A DNA stretch of 32,759 nt from an uncultured Anaerolineales bacterium (GTDB lineage Bacteria; Chloroflexota; Anaerolineae; B4-G1; SLSP01). Below are positions 1 to 8,985 of the stretch, piece after piece. The notes beneath the pieces are model-generated. The model was not told the origin of the DNA. It saw nothing but the letters and a program-made list of their open reading frames with translations, and ran no database searches. Numbering within the stretch: position 1 is the stretch's first letter; each line of letters starts with the position of its first letter. The position numbers and the translations under genes are program-made. The stretch spans positions 128,001-160,759 of the forward strand of contig CAZCTC010000010.1 in NCBI GenBank assembly GCA_964501335.1. The letters are read 5' to 3'.

Positions 1-86
1 TCTTCTCGGAGAGTTTTGCTACCCCCTTACCCACATCACCTTCGGCGGTTCTTGCTGGCGCAGGTATTTTTCCCAGTTCACCTGAT

Positions 87-3000
87 TTGCCGTTGGTCGC
101 CTATCTGGTTGTGGGGGCGATTGCCATCTGGTTGGGGACTGGCCCCGCCATTGTGGCTGGCATTTTCAGCGGCTTTTTTCTTTCTGTGTATGTGCCCTTG
201 CCGTTGGCGGATATTTTCCTGCCGGCTTTCTTTGGCGGAGCGCTGGGCGTTTTTGTGCGCCAGCCTTTCCGTGGTTGGGTTTTCAAGATCGCCCGGCAAC
301 CGGTTTTAGCGGTCCCGCTGGCTCTTTGTTTTACCATGATGGCTTTGTGGTTCTCCCGGATGGGCGATGCTTTACCTCCGGGTGGATTGCAGATGGTCGA
401 TTATGCCTTTACCGTTTTGAAAAGCCAGATTGTGCTTTGGGGGGTGGGGGCGATTTGTCTGGCGGTTGTCTTCCAGGGGCTCTTCTTTATTCCTCGTGTT
501 CGTCCTGCTTTGCGTGCGGATGCGGCGCCTGCCTACAACCGGTCGCTGCGAGATCGGTTTATGATTGTGATTATTCCCCTGGTGCTCTTGAGCATTGTCC
601 TTTCGGTTTTTGCGGCCAGCAATCAGGCTATCCGGTCGGCGCAGGATCAGTCGCTCAATGAAATGCGGCGAAATACCGACAATGCCCGACAGGGAATCAA
701 TCACTTTTTTGTCACCGGCTCGAATTTATTGAAGACCTTCGTTGAAGATTCTGCCTTGCTCGATCCGGATTCGAAAGTGCGGGCACGGGCCATGGAGAAC
801 GATTTGCAGATGGTGCCCTTCTTCCAGCAGATGCTTTTTGTGGATATGCAGAAGCAGGTGGTGAATTCGGTGCCGGAAGGGATGGGATATCTGGAGTTGA
901 CGGCAGAAGAACAAAATATGGTCGATCAGGCCTTTTCTCTGGAAATCTCCAATTATACGCATTTGACTGAATTGACGCCGGGCACGGGGGAGGCTTATTT
1001 AACGTTTGTGCAGCCGGTTTTTTCCCCGGGGGACGGTTCGGTGGTGGGGGTTTTGTTGGGGCGAACTTTGTTGAATATTCAGCCGGATATTCAGCGGGCC
1101 CGCGATGCCTTGCAGATTTCTCAGGGTGTGGGCTTTATTATGGACGACCGGCGAATTATTTCGCATCCCGATCCGGCGATGTTGTTGCGCCATTGGGAAG
1201 GTAATACGTCGGAGACGAAAGAGTTCATCGATAATAATCTCCTGGGATCGCCGGAGGCTAAGAAAGACCATTTCTATGAGGATCTGGACTCCAACGGCGA
1301 GCGGGTGTTGACCTATATCAGCCGGGTCGAGGGCACGACCTATTATTTCGTTGTGTTGCAATTGCCCTATGCGACCGTTTTGGAATCGGCGACGGCGATT
1401 GCCGGTCCGATGTTGGTGGTGCAGTTGTTGATTGGTTTTGTGTTGTTGCTGGTGTTGCCGGTGCTTTCTTCACGGGTTACGCAGCCGCTTAATACGCTGG
1501 CGCTGGCCGCTCATCGCATTGCGCAGGGCAATTTGGGGATTCCGGTGGCGATTTCCGGCGAGGACGAGGTGGCCCAGTTGGGGCGGGCCTTTGAGCAGAT
1601 GCGGGTCGGTCTGCGCGCCCGGTTGGACGATCTTTCGTTGCTGCTTCGCATTTCGCAGGCGGTCTCGGCTACCCTGGATCTGGATCAAGGGGTGCCGCCG
1701 ATCCTTCAGGGGGTGTTGGAAGAGACGGGCGCGGCGGTGACTCACTTTGTGTTGTTGGGGAGCGGCGATCGGATTCAGCGTACCTTCTCGGTGGGGGCTG
1801 AAGATTCTGAATTCGCGGCGATCGATCGCACTTTTGCGACGGCTTTGCCGCGCCGCCGCGATCCGTTGGTGATTCAGGATTTACAGAAGGGCAATGCGGC
1901 TTTCCCGGCGACCCGACTGCGGAGCCTGGCGGCGTTGCCGGTGCGGACCAAGGATCGCGCGGTGGCGGTATTGTGGGTGGGGTCTGACCAGGTCAACGCC
2001 TTCGATGAGGCGCGGGTGAATTTCCTGAGCACGCTTTCCAGCCAGGCGGCGGTGTTGGTGGAAAATGTCCGGCTTTTCCAATCGGCGGAGGGGGGCCGGC
2101 GGCGGCTGGCGGCGATCCTTTCCAGTACCAGCGATGCCATTCTGGTTACCGATCAGGAAGGGCGGCTGTTGTTGATTAATCCGGCGGTGCAGCGGGTGTT
2201 GGGGCTGGATGAAGCGGCCTATGGGCGCCCGATTGAGGAGTTAAACCTGCCGCCGTCGTTGTGCGATGCGCTGAACCGTTCGGAGACGGAGCCCGGGCCG
2301 CCTTCGGTGGAAGTGCCGCTTTCGGGCAAACGGACTTTTTATGCCAGCGTGGCCCCTATTATGACGGCGGAAGGTCAGACGATGGGGCGGGTGGTCGTGA
2401 TGCGCGATATCACCCATTTTAAAGAGCTGGATGAGATGAAGTCGGATTTTGTGGCCACCGTCTCGCACGACCTGCGCGCGCCGCTGACCTTTATGCGCGG
2501 TTATGCGACGATGTTGACGATGGTCGGCGATATGAATGATAAGCAAAAGGAATATGTGGAGCATATTATGGAAGGGATCGAGCAGATGGGCGCTTTGATC
2601 GGCGATCTGCTCAATCTCAGCCGGGTGGAAGCCGGGGTGGGAATCAAGCGGGAACCGTGTCGGTTGGGGCTGGTGTTGGTGGAAGCGGTGGATACGATGC
2701 GGGCCCGGGCTTCGGCGAAGGGAATTGCATTGGGCCTTGATCCTGCGGAAGGGGCACCGGTGATCGTGGGCGATCGGACATTGCTGCGACAGGCGATTGG
2801 GAATCTGGTCGACAATGCGATCAAGTATACGCCGAATGGGGGGCAGGTACGGGTTGGTCTGGGGGTGAACGGTCCGGAAGCTGTGGTCCATGTGACGGAT
2901 ACCGGGCTGGGCATCGCGCCGGAAGATCAGGTGCGGTTGTTTGAGAAGTTCTATCGGGTGAAGCGCCGTGAGACGAGCGACATTCCCGGCACCGGTTTGG

Positions 3001-3122
3001 GGCTGGCGCTGGTCAAGTCGATTGTGGAGCACCATCAGGGGCGGGTGTGGGTGGAAAGCCAGTTGAACAAAGGGACGACCTTCTATGTGGCCCTGCCCCT
3101 GGCTCCTGAAGAGGAAAAGTAG
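87..3122 (+). CDS. Multidomain sensor histidine kinase (TM - large extracytoplasmic domain - TM - HAMP - GAF - PAS - HisKA - HATPase_c). The frame stays open upstream to the window edge, so the N-terminus may be truncated and the start uncertain (TTG at 87).
   Basis: 1011-aa ORF. HAMP-like segment after the second TM helix (PLNTLALAAHRIAQGNLG...EVAQLGRAFEQM). GAF-like block. PAS (DAILVTDQEGRLLLINPAVQRVLG). H-box SHDLRAPLT. N/G boxes (NLVDNAIKYT, DTGLGI, GTGLGLALV). Confidence 0.9.
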   Translation: MPLVAYLVVGAIAIWLGTGPAIVAGIFSGFFLSVYVPLPLADIFLPAFFGGALGVFVRQPFRGWVFKIARQPVLAVPLALCFTMMALWFSRMGDALPPGGLQMVDYAFTVLKSQIVLWGVGAICLAVVFQGLFFIPRVRPALRADAAPAYNRSLRDRFMIVIIPLVLLSIVLSVFAASNQAIRSAQDQSLNEMRRNTDNARQGINHFFVTGSNLLKTFVEDSALLDPDSKVRARAMENDLQMVPFFQQMLFVDMQKQVVNSVPEGMGYLELTAEEQNMVDQAFSLEISNYTHLTELTPGTGEAYLTFVQPVFSPGDGSVVGVLLGRTLLNIQPDIQRARDALQISQGVGFIMDDRRIISHPDPAMLLRHWEGNTSETKEFIDNNLLGSPEAKKDHFYEDLDSNGERVLTYISRVEGTTYYFVVLQLPYATVLESATAIAGPMLVVQLLIGFVLLLVLPVLSSRVTQPLNTLALAAHRIAQGNLGIPVAISGEDEVAQLGRAFEQMRVGLRARLDDLSLLLRISQAVSATLDLDQGVPPILQGVLEETGAAVTHFVLLGSGDRIQRTFSVGAEDSEFAAIDRTFATALPRRRDPLVIQDLQKGNAAFPATRLRSLAALPVRTKDRAVAVLWVGSDQVNAFDEARVNFLSTLSSQAAVLVENVRLFQSAEGGRRRLAAILSSTSDAILVTDQEGRLLLINPAVQRVLGLDEAAYGRPIEELNLPPSLCDALNRSETEPGPPSVEVPLSGKRTFYASVAPIMTAEGQTMGRVVVMRDITHFKELDEMKSDFVATVSHDLRAPLTFMRGYATMLTMVGDMNDKQKEYVEHIMEGIEQMGALIGDLLNLSRVEAGVGIKREPCRLGLVLVEAVDTMRARASAKGIALGLDPAEGAPVIVGDRTLLRQAIGNLVDNAIKYTPNGGQVRVGLGVNGPEAVVHVTDTGLGIAPEDQVRLFEKFYRVKRRETSDIPGTGLGLALVKSIVEHHQGRVWVESQLNKGTTFYVALPLAPEEEK

Positions 3123-3136
3123 TCAGTTGTGATTGT

Positions 3137-3664
3137 ATGGCAGTGAATTGGGGGGTGTTGGCTTTTTTTCTGGCGGCACTCGCGGGGGTGCTGTTCTATT
3201 TTGCCCGGCGGCTACGCCGCAGTTTGGGAATTCCTCAGGGGCAGGTGATTGAAGCCGATACCGATGGTTGGGAGATGCTGGCGCAACCTCTTGCCGCGCC
3301 TTCCTTAAAGCTGGTAGGACGACCGGATTATGTCGTCAATGACGGGGTGGATGTGATCCCCATTGGAATTAAATCCCACGCGGCTCCGCGGCAGCCCTAT
3401 CCCTCCCATGTGCTGCAACTGGCGGCCTATTGCGCTTTGGTGACGGAGACGTATGGGCGACGGCCGGGTTATGGGATTCTGCACTATGCCGATCGGACGT
3501 TTGAGATCCCTTATACGGAAGTCCTGGAGACCCAATTGCGGGAGACGTTGCTGGAGATGCGGGAGAATATGGCCGCCGGGGGCGGGACGCGCAACCATCG
3601 CGATGCGGGCCGCTGTCAGGAGTGCCGTTATCGTTCCAAGTGCCCGGATGTGCTGGAGAAGTGA
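3137..3664 (+). CDS. Cas4-like PD-(D/E)XK nuclease family protein (DUF83-like) with an N-terminal transmembrane anchor
   Basis: 175 aa. N-terminal hydrophobic helix (VLAFFLAALAGVLFYF). GRPDYVV (motif II Asp). IPIGIKS at the motif III position. QLAAYCAL (Q-x-x-x-Y). C-terminal C-x2-C-x5-C (CQECRYRSKC), typical of the Cas4/RecB-family Fe-S nuclease domain. Confidence 0.6.
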   Translation: MAVNWGVLAFFLAALAGVLFYFARRLRRSLGIPQGQVIEADTDGWEMLAQPLAAPSLKLVGRPDYVVNDGVDVIPIGIKSHAAPRQPYPSHVLQLAAYCALVTETYGRRPGYGILHYADRTFEIPYTEVLETQLRETLLEMRENMAAGGGTRNHRDAGRCQECRYRSKCPDVLEK

Positions 3665-3800
3665 AAAAGAGATTTCACCGCAGAGCACGCGGAGATCGCA
3701 GAGAGAGAAGGGAGGAGATTTTCTTTAAATTCTTCTCTGTGCCCTCTGCGCCTCGGCGGTGAGTCTTCGGGATGGGCTATTTTCAGGACAGATAACCATG
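3665..3800 (+). repeat. Copy A of the 3' module of the composite intergenic repeat (gagatttcacc...ttctttaaattcttctctgtg...ggtgagtctt...gggctattttcaggacaga-N-ccATG). Its terminal ATG is the start codon of the downstream kinase.
   Basis: About 80% identical by eye over about 130 bp to 10064-10196. Shared boxes are gagatttcacc, ctttaaattcttctctgtg, ggtgagtctt and ctattttcaggacaga. Confidence 0.7.
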
Positions 3801-4880
3801 TTAATTTTGGATTTAAAGCTGGTGCTTTTTATCGTGTTGGTGATCCTATCCGGGGCTGCCCTGGCGGCCTGGGAGTTTTATCGTTCACGGCAGCGCTATG
3901 GGTTGGGCACCACGCTGGAATCGGCGCCCTTTGGGGTGGTTTTGTTGGATGAGCAGCAAATCACTTATGCCAACGGGTATGCCCGGCGGGCGGCCGGCTT
4001 TGCCGCGGTGGGAAGATTGCCCGAGGCGCCCTGGCTGGAATTGCTGGCCGCGGATCGGGCGGCAGCCCGGAGTGATGCTACGGGAGCGGGGCGCTATCGT
4101 AGTGTGGCTTTCCCGGGTGGGGGGGCGGTGCGGTGGTGGGTTACGTCGGTCGGGTTGCGGGATCTGCTGGTGTTGTTGGATGCGACCGTCCATCCCGACG
4201 GCGAAGAGGCGGCGCGCTATTTGTTGAACGATCTGGCGCATGAATTGCGAACGCCGATGGCGACGATTCTGACGCATGCGGAAATTCTGGCGCTCCCTGA
4301 TATTGCCCCTGAAGTGCAACAGCAATCCCAACAGTTATTGAAAGAAGAGACCCGGCGGATGGCGCGGTTGGTGAACGATATGCTCGAACTGGGGCGTCTG
4401 GAGACGGGGGCTGAGATTGCGCTCCGGCCGGTGGATTTGATGGCGCTGGCCGAGGGGGCGGTGCGGCAGATTCAACCGCAGGCCGAGGCGCGGGCCATGA
4501 CGGTGACGCTGGAGGCCGGGGCGGAATTGCCGTTGGTGTTGGGGGATGAGGATCGACTGCGGCAGGTGTTGCTCAATTTGCTGGATAACGCTTTGAAGTA
4601 TTCCCGATCGGGGGACCGGGTCACGGTGGAATTGCAGGCGCGGGCCGGAGGGCTTTATTGTGCCGTGCGCGACAGCGGTCCCGGGATCGCGGCCCGCCAT
4701 TTGCCGCATCTGACGCGCCGTTTTTATCGGGCGGCGCCCCGGGGCATTGAGGGGAGCGGGCTGGGGCTTTCGCTGGCGGCAGAGATTTTGCGGCGGCACG
4801 GCAGCCGGTTGGAGATCGAGAGCCGGGTCGAGCCGCCCAGCGGCACCTCCGTTTCCTTTGAATTGCAAACTGAACAATGA
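3798..4880 (+). CDS. Sensor histidine kinase (single N-terminal TM, PAS-like region, HisKA, HATPase_c). An alternative GTG start at 3759 is in frame.
   Basis: H-box LAHELRTPMATI. N box LLNLLDNALKYS. G boxes DSGPGIA and GSGLGLSLAAEI. Hydrophobic N-terminus MLILDLKLVLFIVLVIL. Confidence 0.85.
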   Translation: MLILDLKLVLFIVLVILSGAALAAWEFYRSRQRYGLGTTLESAPFGVVLLDEQQITYANGYARRAAGFAAVGRLPEAPWLELLAADRAAARSDATGAGRYRSVAFPGGGAVRWWVTSVGLRDLLVLLDATVHPDGEEAARYLLNDLAHELRTPMATILTHAEILALPDIAPEVQQQSQQLLKEETRRMARLVNDMLELGRLETGAEIALRPVDLMALAEGAVRQIQPQAEARAMTVTLEAGAELPLVLGDEDRLRQVLLNLLDNALKYSRSGDRVTVELQARAGGLYCAVRDSGPGIAARHLPHLTRRFYRAAPRGIEGSGLGLSLAAEILRRHGSRLEIESRVEPPSGTSVSFELQTEQ

Positions 4881-4923
4881 ATAAAAAACTTTCGACCTGT
4901 GCCCTCAGCCCGGAAAAGCAAGA

Positions 4924-5182
4924 GAAAAAAAGCCTGTGTTTGGGCGCGCCCAAACATAAATAAAAAACGCAGTACCGCATAATTCACTCAGAACACACCA
5001 CCGAGACGCAGAGGCCGCGGAGAAAAAGCTTAAAAAGCCTCTTTTATCTCTCTCGGCGATCTCGGCGCCTGTTTACAACATCTTCGATCCGCGGTGTATT
5101 TCTTTCGGTTTGCCGTTGAGTTACTTTTGCGGTATTGCTAAAAAATTCTTTCCTTCGATCCAGCGCGTCGTATTTTACCATG
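4924..5182 (+). repeat. Degenerate or rearranged copy C of the composite intergenic repeat. It contains a loop-less 20-bp perfect palindrome TGTTTGGGCGCGCCCAAACA (4936-4956), cacaccaccgagacgcagagg and tccagcgcgtcgtat boxes, and ends in ccATG (5180).
   Basis: Boxes shared with the copies at 9938-10196 and 3665-3800 but in a different order. The palindrome sits where other copies have the hairpin. Confidence 0.5.
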
Positions 5183-5210
5183 AAGAGTTTTGCGCGGGGC
5201 ATAATATCTG

Positions 5211-6653
5211 ATGAAAAGAAAAGAGTGGTTACATTGGGGAGTCTGGTTGCTCACCGCGGCGGCGCTGCTGGGCTATTGGCTGCTGCCGATTTCGGGCGGG
5301 GTGGTGGTCTGGCAGGGTGAATCGGCTCCCTGGCCCTGGCCGTTGATCCAGCTGGAGCCTTCCATGCCACGGGCCGGGCAGCCGTTGACGATCCGGGTGA
5401 CCGATGAACATCCCCGGGTGCATGTTGCGTTGACGATCAATGGGGCCGCGCAGCCGGTATCCATGTGGGGCAAGGTTGCCGAAGGGCGCTGGGGTTGGAC
5501 CTGGGAGGTGATCGCGCCGGCGGCTTCGAGTTATGAGGTGGTTTTTTATTCCGATTGTCATGAGGGCTGTGTGGAGCGGGGCCGGGCGCAGATTGGGACC
5601 GTGGCTACCCCGACCGTTCCGGTGACGCCGACCAAGCTTTGCGTGGTCTTTCCCAATCCAGAACGGGACTGGCACAATCGCAGCGGGTGGGGTGTCGAAG
5701 TGGCTTATGTTAAGCTGGCCGATGATCCCTATTGGGGGCTGGATGGGCTGGCTCAACGGGTCTATCAGGATCAGGCTGCCGGGTTGCGGGTGTTGGTGCG
5801 GGTTGATTATGCCCAGGGGCAGAGTCTGCCCGGTGAAGCGAATTATCTGGAGCTGGATGATTATCTGGCTTATATGCGGCGGCTGGCCCGGGATCAACGG
5901 TTCCGCGATGGGGTGTATGGTTACATAATCGGGGCGGATCTGAATGTCGGACAGACGGGGGTGTCGCCGGCCTGGTATGCGCGGCTTTTTAACGGCTATG
6001 GCGAGGCGGTTTCGCATTCCGACAATGTGGTGCAGACGGTACGGGCGGAGAATCCGACGGTGCGGTTGCTGGTGGGGCCGGTGCGTCCCTGGTGTATGGA
6101 TCGAGACGGCGAGAAGCGGGCTGCGATCAATGTGCCCTGGTTGAATTATATGAATACGCTGGCGGCGGCGTTGGATGAGGGGGGGCAGGCGAAAGCGGGC
6201 GCGGGGATTGCGCTGGCGAGGCCGGACGGCTTTGATATCCAGGCGCCGGGGCATCCGGAGAGTCCGGAGATGCGAGGGCGCTCCCGTGCGGAGGAGCCGC
6301 GGTTGGATCTGGCCCGGGCGGAATGGAAGGGGGCCCAGGCGGGGTTCGGGGTCTATCGGGACTGGCTGACCATTATCAATTCCTATGAGGGATTGGCCGG
6401 GCTGCCGGTCTATATTATTTCGACCAATACCTATGATCGGGAGTCGAATATCCCGCCGGCGCAGAATTATCCTCAGGGGTGGTTGAGTACGGCGGCGGCG
6501 GTGATCGATGGCGAGCCGCAGGTGCAGGCGTTGTGCTGGTTTATGGACGATTTCCCGGATACGGAGGAGTGGGATTATTTCAGTCTGACCCGTCATCCGG
6601 GGCGGTTGGTGGATGCGGCGGAAGAGTTCGATCGTTTACTGCGCGGGCAGTGA
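5211..6653 (+). CDS. Hypothetical secreted or membrane-anchored protein, Trp-rich. Possibly a TIM-barrel glycoside-hydrolase-like fold (weak).
   Basis: 480-aa ORF with an N-terminal signal-anchor-like segment (WLHWGVWLLTAAALLGYWLL). No family motif I can name. The overlapping antisense ORF 5229-6596 is Arg/Pro-rich and judged spurious. Confidence 0.6.
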   Translation: MKRKEWLHWGVWLLTAAALLGYWLLPISGGVVVWQGESAPWPWPLIQLEPSMPRAGQPLTIRVTDEHPRVHVALTINGAAQPVSMWGKVAEGRWGWTWEVIAPAASSYEVVFYSDCHEGCVERGRAQIGTVATPTVPVTPTKLCVVFPNPERDWHNRSGWGVEVAYVKLADDPYWGLDGLAQRVYQDQAAGLRVLVRVDYAQGQSLPGEANYLELDDYLAYMRRLARDQRFRDGVYGYIIGADLNVGQTGVSPAWYARLFNGYGEAVSHSDNVVQTVRAENPTVRLLVGPVRPWCMDRDGEKRAAINVPWLNYMNTLAAALDEGGQAKAGAGIALARPDGFDIQAPGHPESPEMRGRSRAEEPRLDLARAEWKGAQAGFGVYRDWLTIINSYEGLAGLPVYIISTNTYDRESNIPPAQNYPQGWLSTAAAVIDGEPQVQALCWFMDDFPDTEEWDYFSLTRHPGRLVDAAEEFDRLLRGQ

Positions 6654-6671
6654 AATTTTACGAGGTGAAGG

Positions 6672-7298
6672 ATGCAGGAGAAAATTCGGGTATTGCTGGC
6701 AGATGATCATCCGGCACTGCGGATGGGCTTGCGGGTGCTGTTGGATCGCGATGCCCGGATCACGGTGGTGGGAGAGGCGGAGAGTGGGGATGAGGCGTTG
6801 GCTCAGATCGAGGCGCTGCTGCCGGATGTGGCGGTTCTCGATTGCCAGTTGCCGGGGCTTGAAGGGGCGGCGGTGGCGGCGGAATTGAAGCGGCGGGGCC
6901 TTCCCTCTCGAATTCTGGCTCTGAGTGCCTATGACGACGATCGTTACCTGCAACAGATGTGGGAGGCGGGGGCGGTCGGTTATTTGCTTAAAAACGAGGC
7001 GCCGGGGGAGATTGTGGCGGCGGTTGTGGCTACCATGCAGGGCAAGGTGCTCTGGTCGACGGAGCAGCTGGCGCGGGCCCGGCGTTGGAACGACGATGTG
7101 GGGCGGCTGCGACGCAGTCTGACCGATCGGGAGACCGAGGTGTTGCAGCGGATGGCGGAGGGGTTGAGCAACAAAGAGATTGCGACGGCGCTTTCGGTGA
7201 CGGAACGGACGGTGGAATTCCATGTGGGGAATGTGCTGCGCAAATTGGGGGTGATTTCTCGGGTCGAGGCGGCTATCTGGGCCCGGGAACATTTGTAA
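6672..7298 (+). CDS. Two-component response regulator, NarL/FixJ (LuxR-type HTH) family
   Basis: REC domain (LLADDHPALRMGLRVLL, phospho-acceptor region VAVLDCQLPGLEG). C-terminal LuxR HTH (LTDRETEVLQRMAEGLSNKEIA...TVEFHVGNVLRKLG). Confidence 0.9.
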   Translation: MQEKIRVLLADDHPALRMGLRVLLDRDARITVVGEAESGDEALAQIEALLPDVAVLDCQLPGLEGAAVAAELKRRGLPSRILALSAYDDDRYLQQMWEAGAVGYLLKNEAPGEIVAAVVATMQGKVLWSTEQLARARRWNDDVGRLRRSLTDRETEVLQRMAEGLSNKEIATALSVTERTVEFHVGNVLRKLGVISRVEAAIWAREHL

Positions 7299-7315
7299 TT
7301 TTGTTTCTTTTTTCG

Positions 7316-7352
7316 CCTTGGGGCGCGCGGTCTACGACTGCGCGCCCCAAGG
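7316..7352 (+). terminator. Perfect 13-bp GC-rich hairpin CCTTGGGGCGCGC-ggtctacgact-GCGCGCCCCAAGG immediately after the response-regulator gene, followed by a weak T-rich stretch (ctatttta). Possible terminator or a further hairpin element.
   Basis: Inverted repeat read directly from the sequence. The T-tract is poor. Confidence 0.4.
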
Positions 7353-7449
7353 CTATTTTATAGCCCTCGGTGAAGCTGGGGATTTCCACAGTAGATGGGC
7401 GGGCGGTGATTTGCTAGAATGAGCCCATCAAGTTTAAGGAGGTTGGGTA

Positions 7450-8385
7450 ATGTCTCAGACCAACAATCAGGCAGGTGGAACTCCCCCTGTGGTGTTGCCT
7501 CCCGTTGCTACTTCGGGGGGAGCGGGATGGCGACAGCTTGAACGTCTCTACAAGTTGGCCGTCGTTATTTTGGCGGGGTTTATCGTCATGGGGGTTCTTT
7601 TTTTTATTGCCCGGTCGGCTATCTACAAAGTCCATGCTTATGAACGAGGGCTGCATTTGCGCGGCGGGCGGTTTATGAGTGTGGATGATCCGGGCTGGCA
7701 TATGCAGATCCCGCTGGTGGATACGGTGGTGATCGTAAAGGTCAATGAGCGGTTGGGCTATGTCGAACGGATCGCGGCGATGACGTCGGACGATGTAACG
7801 ATGAATGTCTCGTTGCAATACACCTATCGCGTCACCGATCCTCAACGGTTTGCACTGGAAGTGGACGATCCGGAGCGGATTGTTTTTGAGTTTGTGCAGG
7901 GCAAGCTGCGGGATGTGGTCAATACCAAGCCGATGACTGAGGTGATGCACAGTCGGGCGGCGATGAATCAAGAGGTTATGGCTTCCCTGCTGGAAAAAGA
8001 GGAGCAGTATGGGGTGAAGTTTATCACCGTACAGATTCAGAGTGCCTCGCCGCCGGATGAGGTTGTTGCGGCGATCAAGGATCGGATGGTCGCGGTGCAA
8101 CGTCAGGAGCAGGCGCAGGCTGAGGCGGCGCAACGGCGGACGCTGGCGGATGCCGATTTCTATGCGGCGCAGAAGAAGGCGGAAGGTGAAGCCTATCAGA
8201 TTACCCGGCTGGCGGAGGCGCAGCAGAAAGCGGTCCATACGTTGTTGCAGGAACTGGCGGCGCAGGGGACGCTGGGGGAGAAATATATCCAGGTGTTGCT
8301 GGCGCAGGAATTGAAAGAGAACAGCAAGTGGGTTTTGACTGGTGAGAGTACGCCGTGGGTGGATTTGGGAACGTCCAAGCCCTAG
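7450..8385 (+). CDS. SPFH / band-7 domain protein (stomatin, prohibitin, HflK/C-like) with an N-terminal TM and a C-terminal coiled-coil
   Basis: 311 aa. SD aaggagg 7428-7434. TM helix VVILAGFIVMGVLFFIA. Core SPFH region (PLVDTVVIVKVNERLGYV...ALEVDDPERI...). Ala/Gln/Glu-rich coiled-coil tail. Confidence 0.85.
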   Translation: MSQTNNQAGGTPPVVLPPVATSGGAGWRQLERLYKLAVVILAGFIVMGVLFFIARSAIYKVHAYERGLHLRGGRFMSVDDPGWHMQIPLVDTVVIVKVNERLGYVERIAAMTSDDVTMNVSLQYTYRVTDPQRFALEVDDPERIVFEFVQGKLRDVVNTKPMTEVMHSRAAMNQEVMASLLEKEEQYGVKFITVQIQSASPPDEVVAAIKDRMVAVQRQEQAQAEAAQRRTLADADFYAAQKKAEGEAYQITRLAEAQQKAVHTLLQELAAQGTLGEKYIQVLLAQELKENSKWVLTGESTPWVDLGTSKP

Positions 8386-8387
8386 GG

Positions 8388-8502
8388 CTGGAAGGGCGGA
8401 AGATTGGAGGATTGGAAGAATGGAAGTACAACGTGATTTTCGCCGGCCTTCTGAGGCCGGCGAAAATCAAATAAAAAGATTTCTTCTCGGGAGGATAAAG
8501 TC
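8388..8502 (+). repeat. Intergenic repeat copy made of five 8-bp periodic GGAAG/GGAGG units (8388-8427), then the hairpin GATTTTCGCCGGCC-TTCTGA-GGCCGGCGAAAATC (8435-8468), then the A-rich box aaataaaaagatttcttctcggg
   Basis: The loop TTCTGA and the right flank (aaa-A-rich-tttcttctc-gg) match the other hairpin copies. Periodicity read directly. Confidence 0.6.
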
Positions 8503-8985
8503 ATGAGAAGATCATGGTGGCTTGTGTTGGGTGGCGTGGTGGTTTTGTTGGGGTATGCCGCAGTGCTGTCGGGGACAACGATTTTTCCGATGATGCAGGA
8601 AGATCTCACCACTCCACGTGTCTATGCCTATCGGGACTGGCAGAGCCAGGGGATTCTGTTGCAGAAAGGCGATTGGGTGCAGGTGCGGGCTCAGGGGCGC
8701 TGGCTCTATACCCCGAAGGAGTATAACGGGCCGGAAGGCCATCGGCGTTATCTGGCTCCGGATTTCTATCCGCTGCCGGGGGTGGCGGGAGGAGCGTTGA
8801 TCGGGCGGATCGGGGAAGAGGGAACACCCTTTTATGTGGGGCGGTATGTCAATTTCCGGGTCGATCAAGAGGGCATGTTCTATTTGCGGATCGATGACGA
8901 TATTTTGAGCGATAACGACGGCTATGTGACGGTGGTGGTGACCGTCACGCCGGCGGAAGAAACAACGAAAGGAGAAGATCAATGA
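8503..8985 (+). CDS. Hypothetical small secreted protein (signal peptide; possibly beta-sandwich or lectin-like)
   Basis: 160 aa. SD gggaggat. N-terminal hydrophobic segment WWLVLGGVVVLLGYAAV. No recognisable catalytic motif. Confidence 0.5.
   Translation: MRRSWWLVLGGVVVLLGYAAVLSGTTIFPMMQEDLTTPRVYAYRDWQSQGILLQKGDWVQVRAQGRWLYTPKEYNGPEGHRRYLAPDFYPLPGVAGGALIGRIGEEGTPFYVGRYVNFRVDQEGMFYLRIDDDILSDNDGYVTVVVTVTPAEETTKGEDQ

Noticed and set aside
16-337. Small ORFs at the extreme 5' end (16-309 +, 78-299 -, 101-337 -)
   Set aside because: They overlap the membrane N-terminus of the first kinase, whose frame is open back to the window edge. Their translations are Cys/Arg-rich noise.
5229-6596. Long antisense ORFs opposite real genes. 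Besides this one: 2241-3035(-), 4335-4877(-), 11064-12230(-), 12686-13543(-), 14320-14949(-), 22574-23491(-), 23664-24494(-).
   Set aside because: This is typical stop-codon-poor reverse-frame noise of high-GC DNA. The translations are Arg/Pro/His-rich low-complexity strings with no motifs, each lies wholly inside a + strand ORF with clear domain signatures, and none has an SD.
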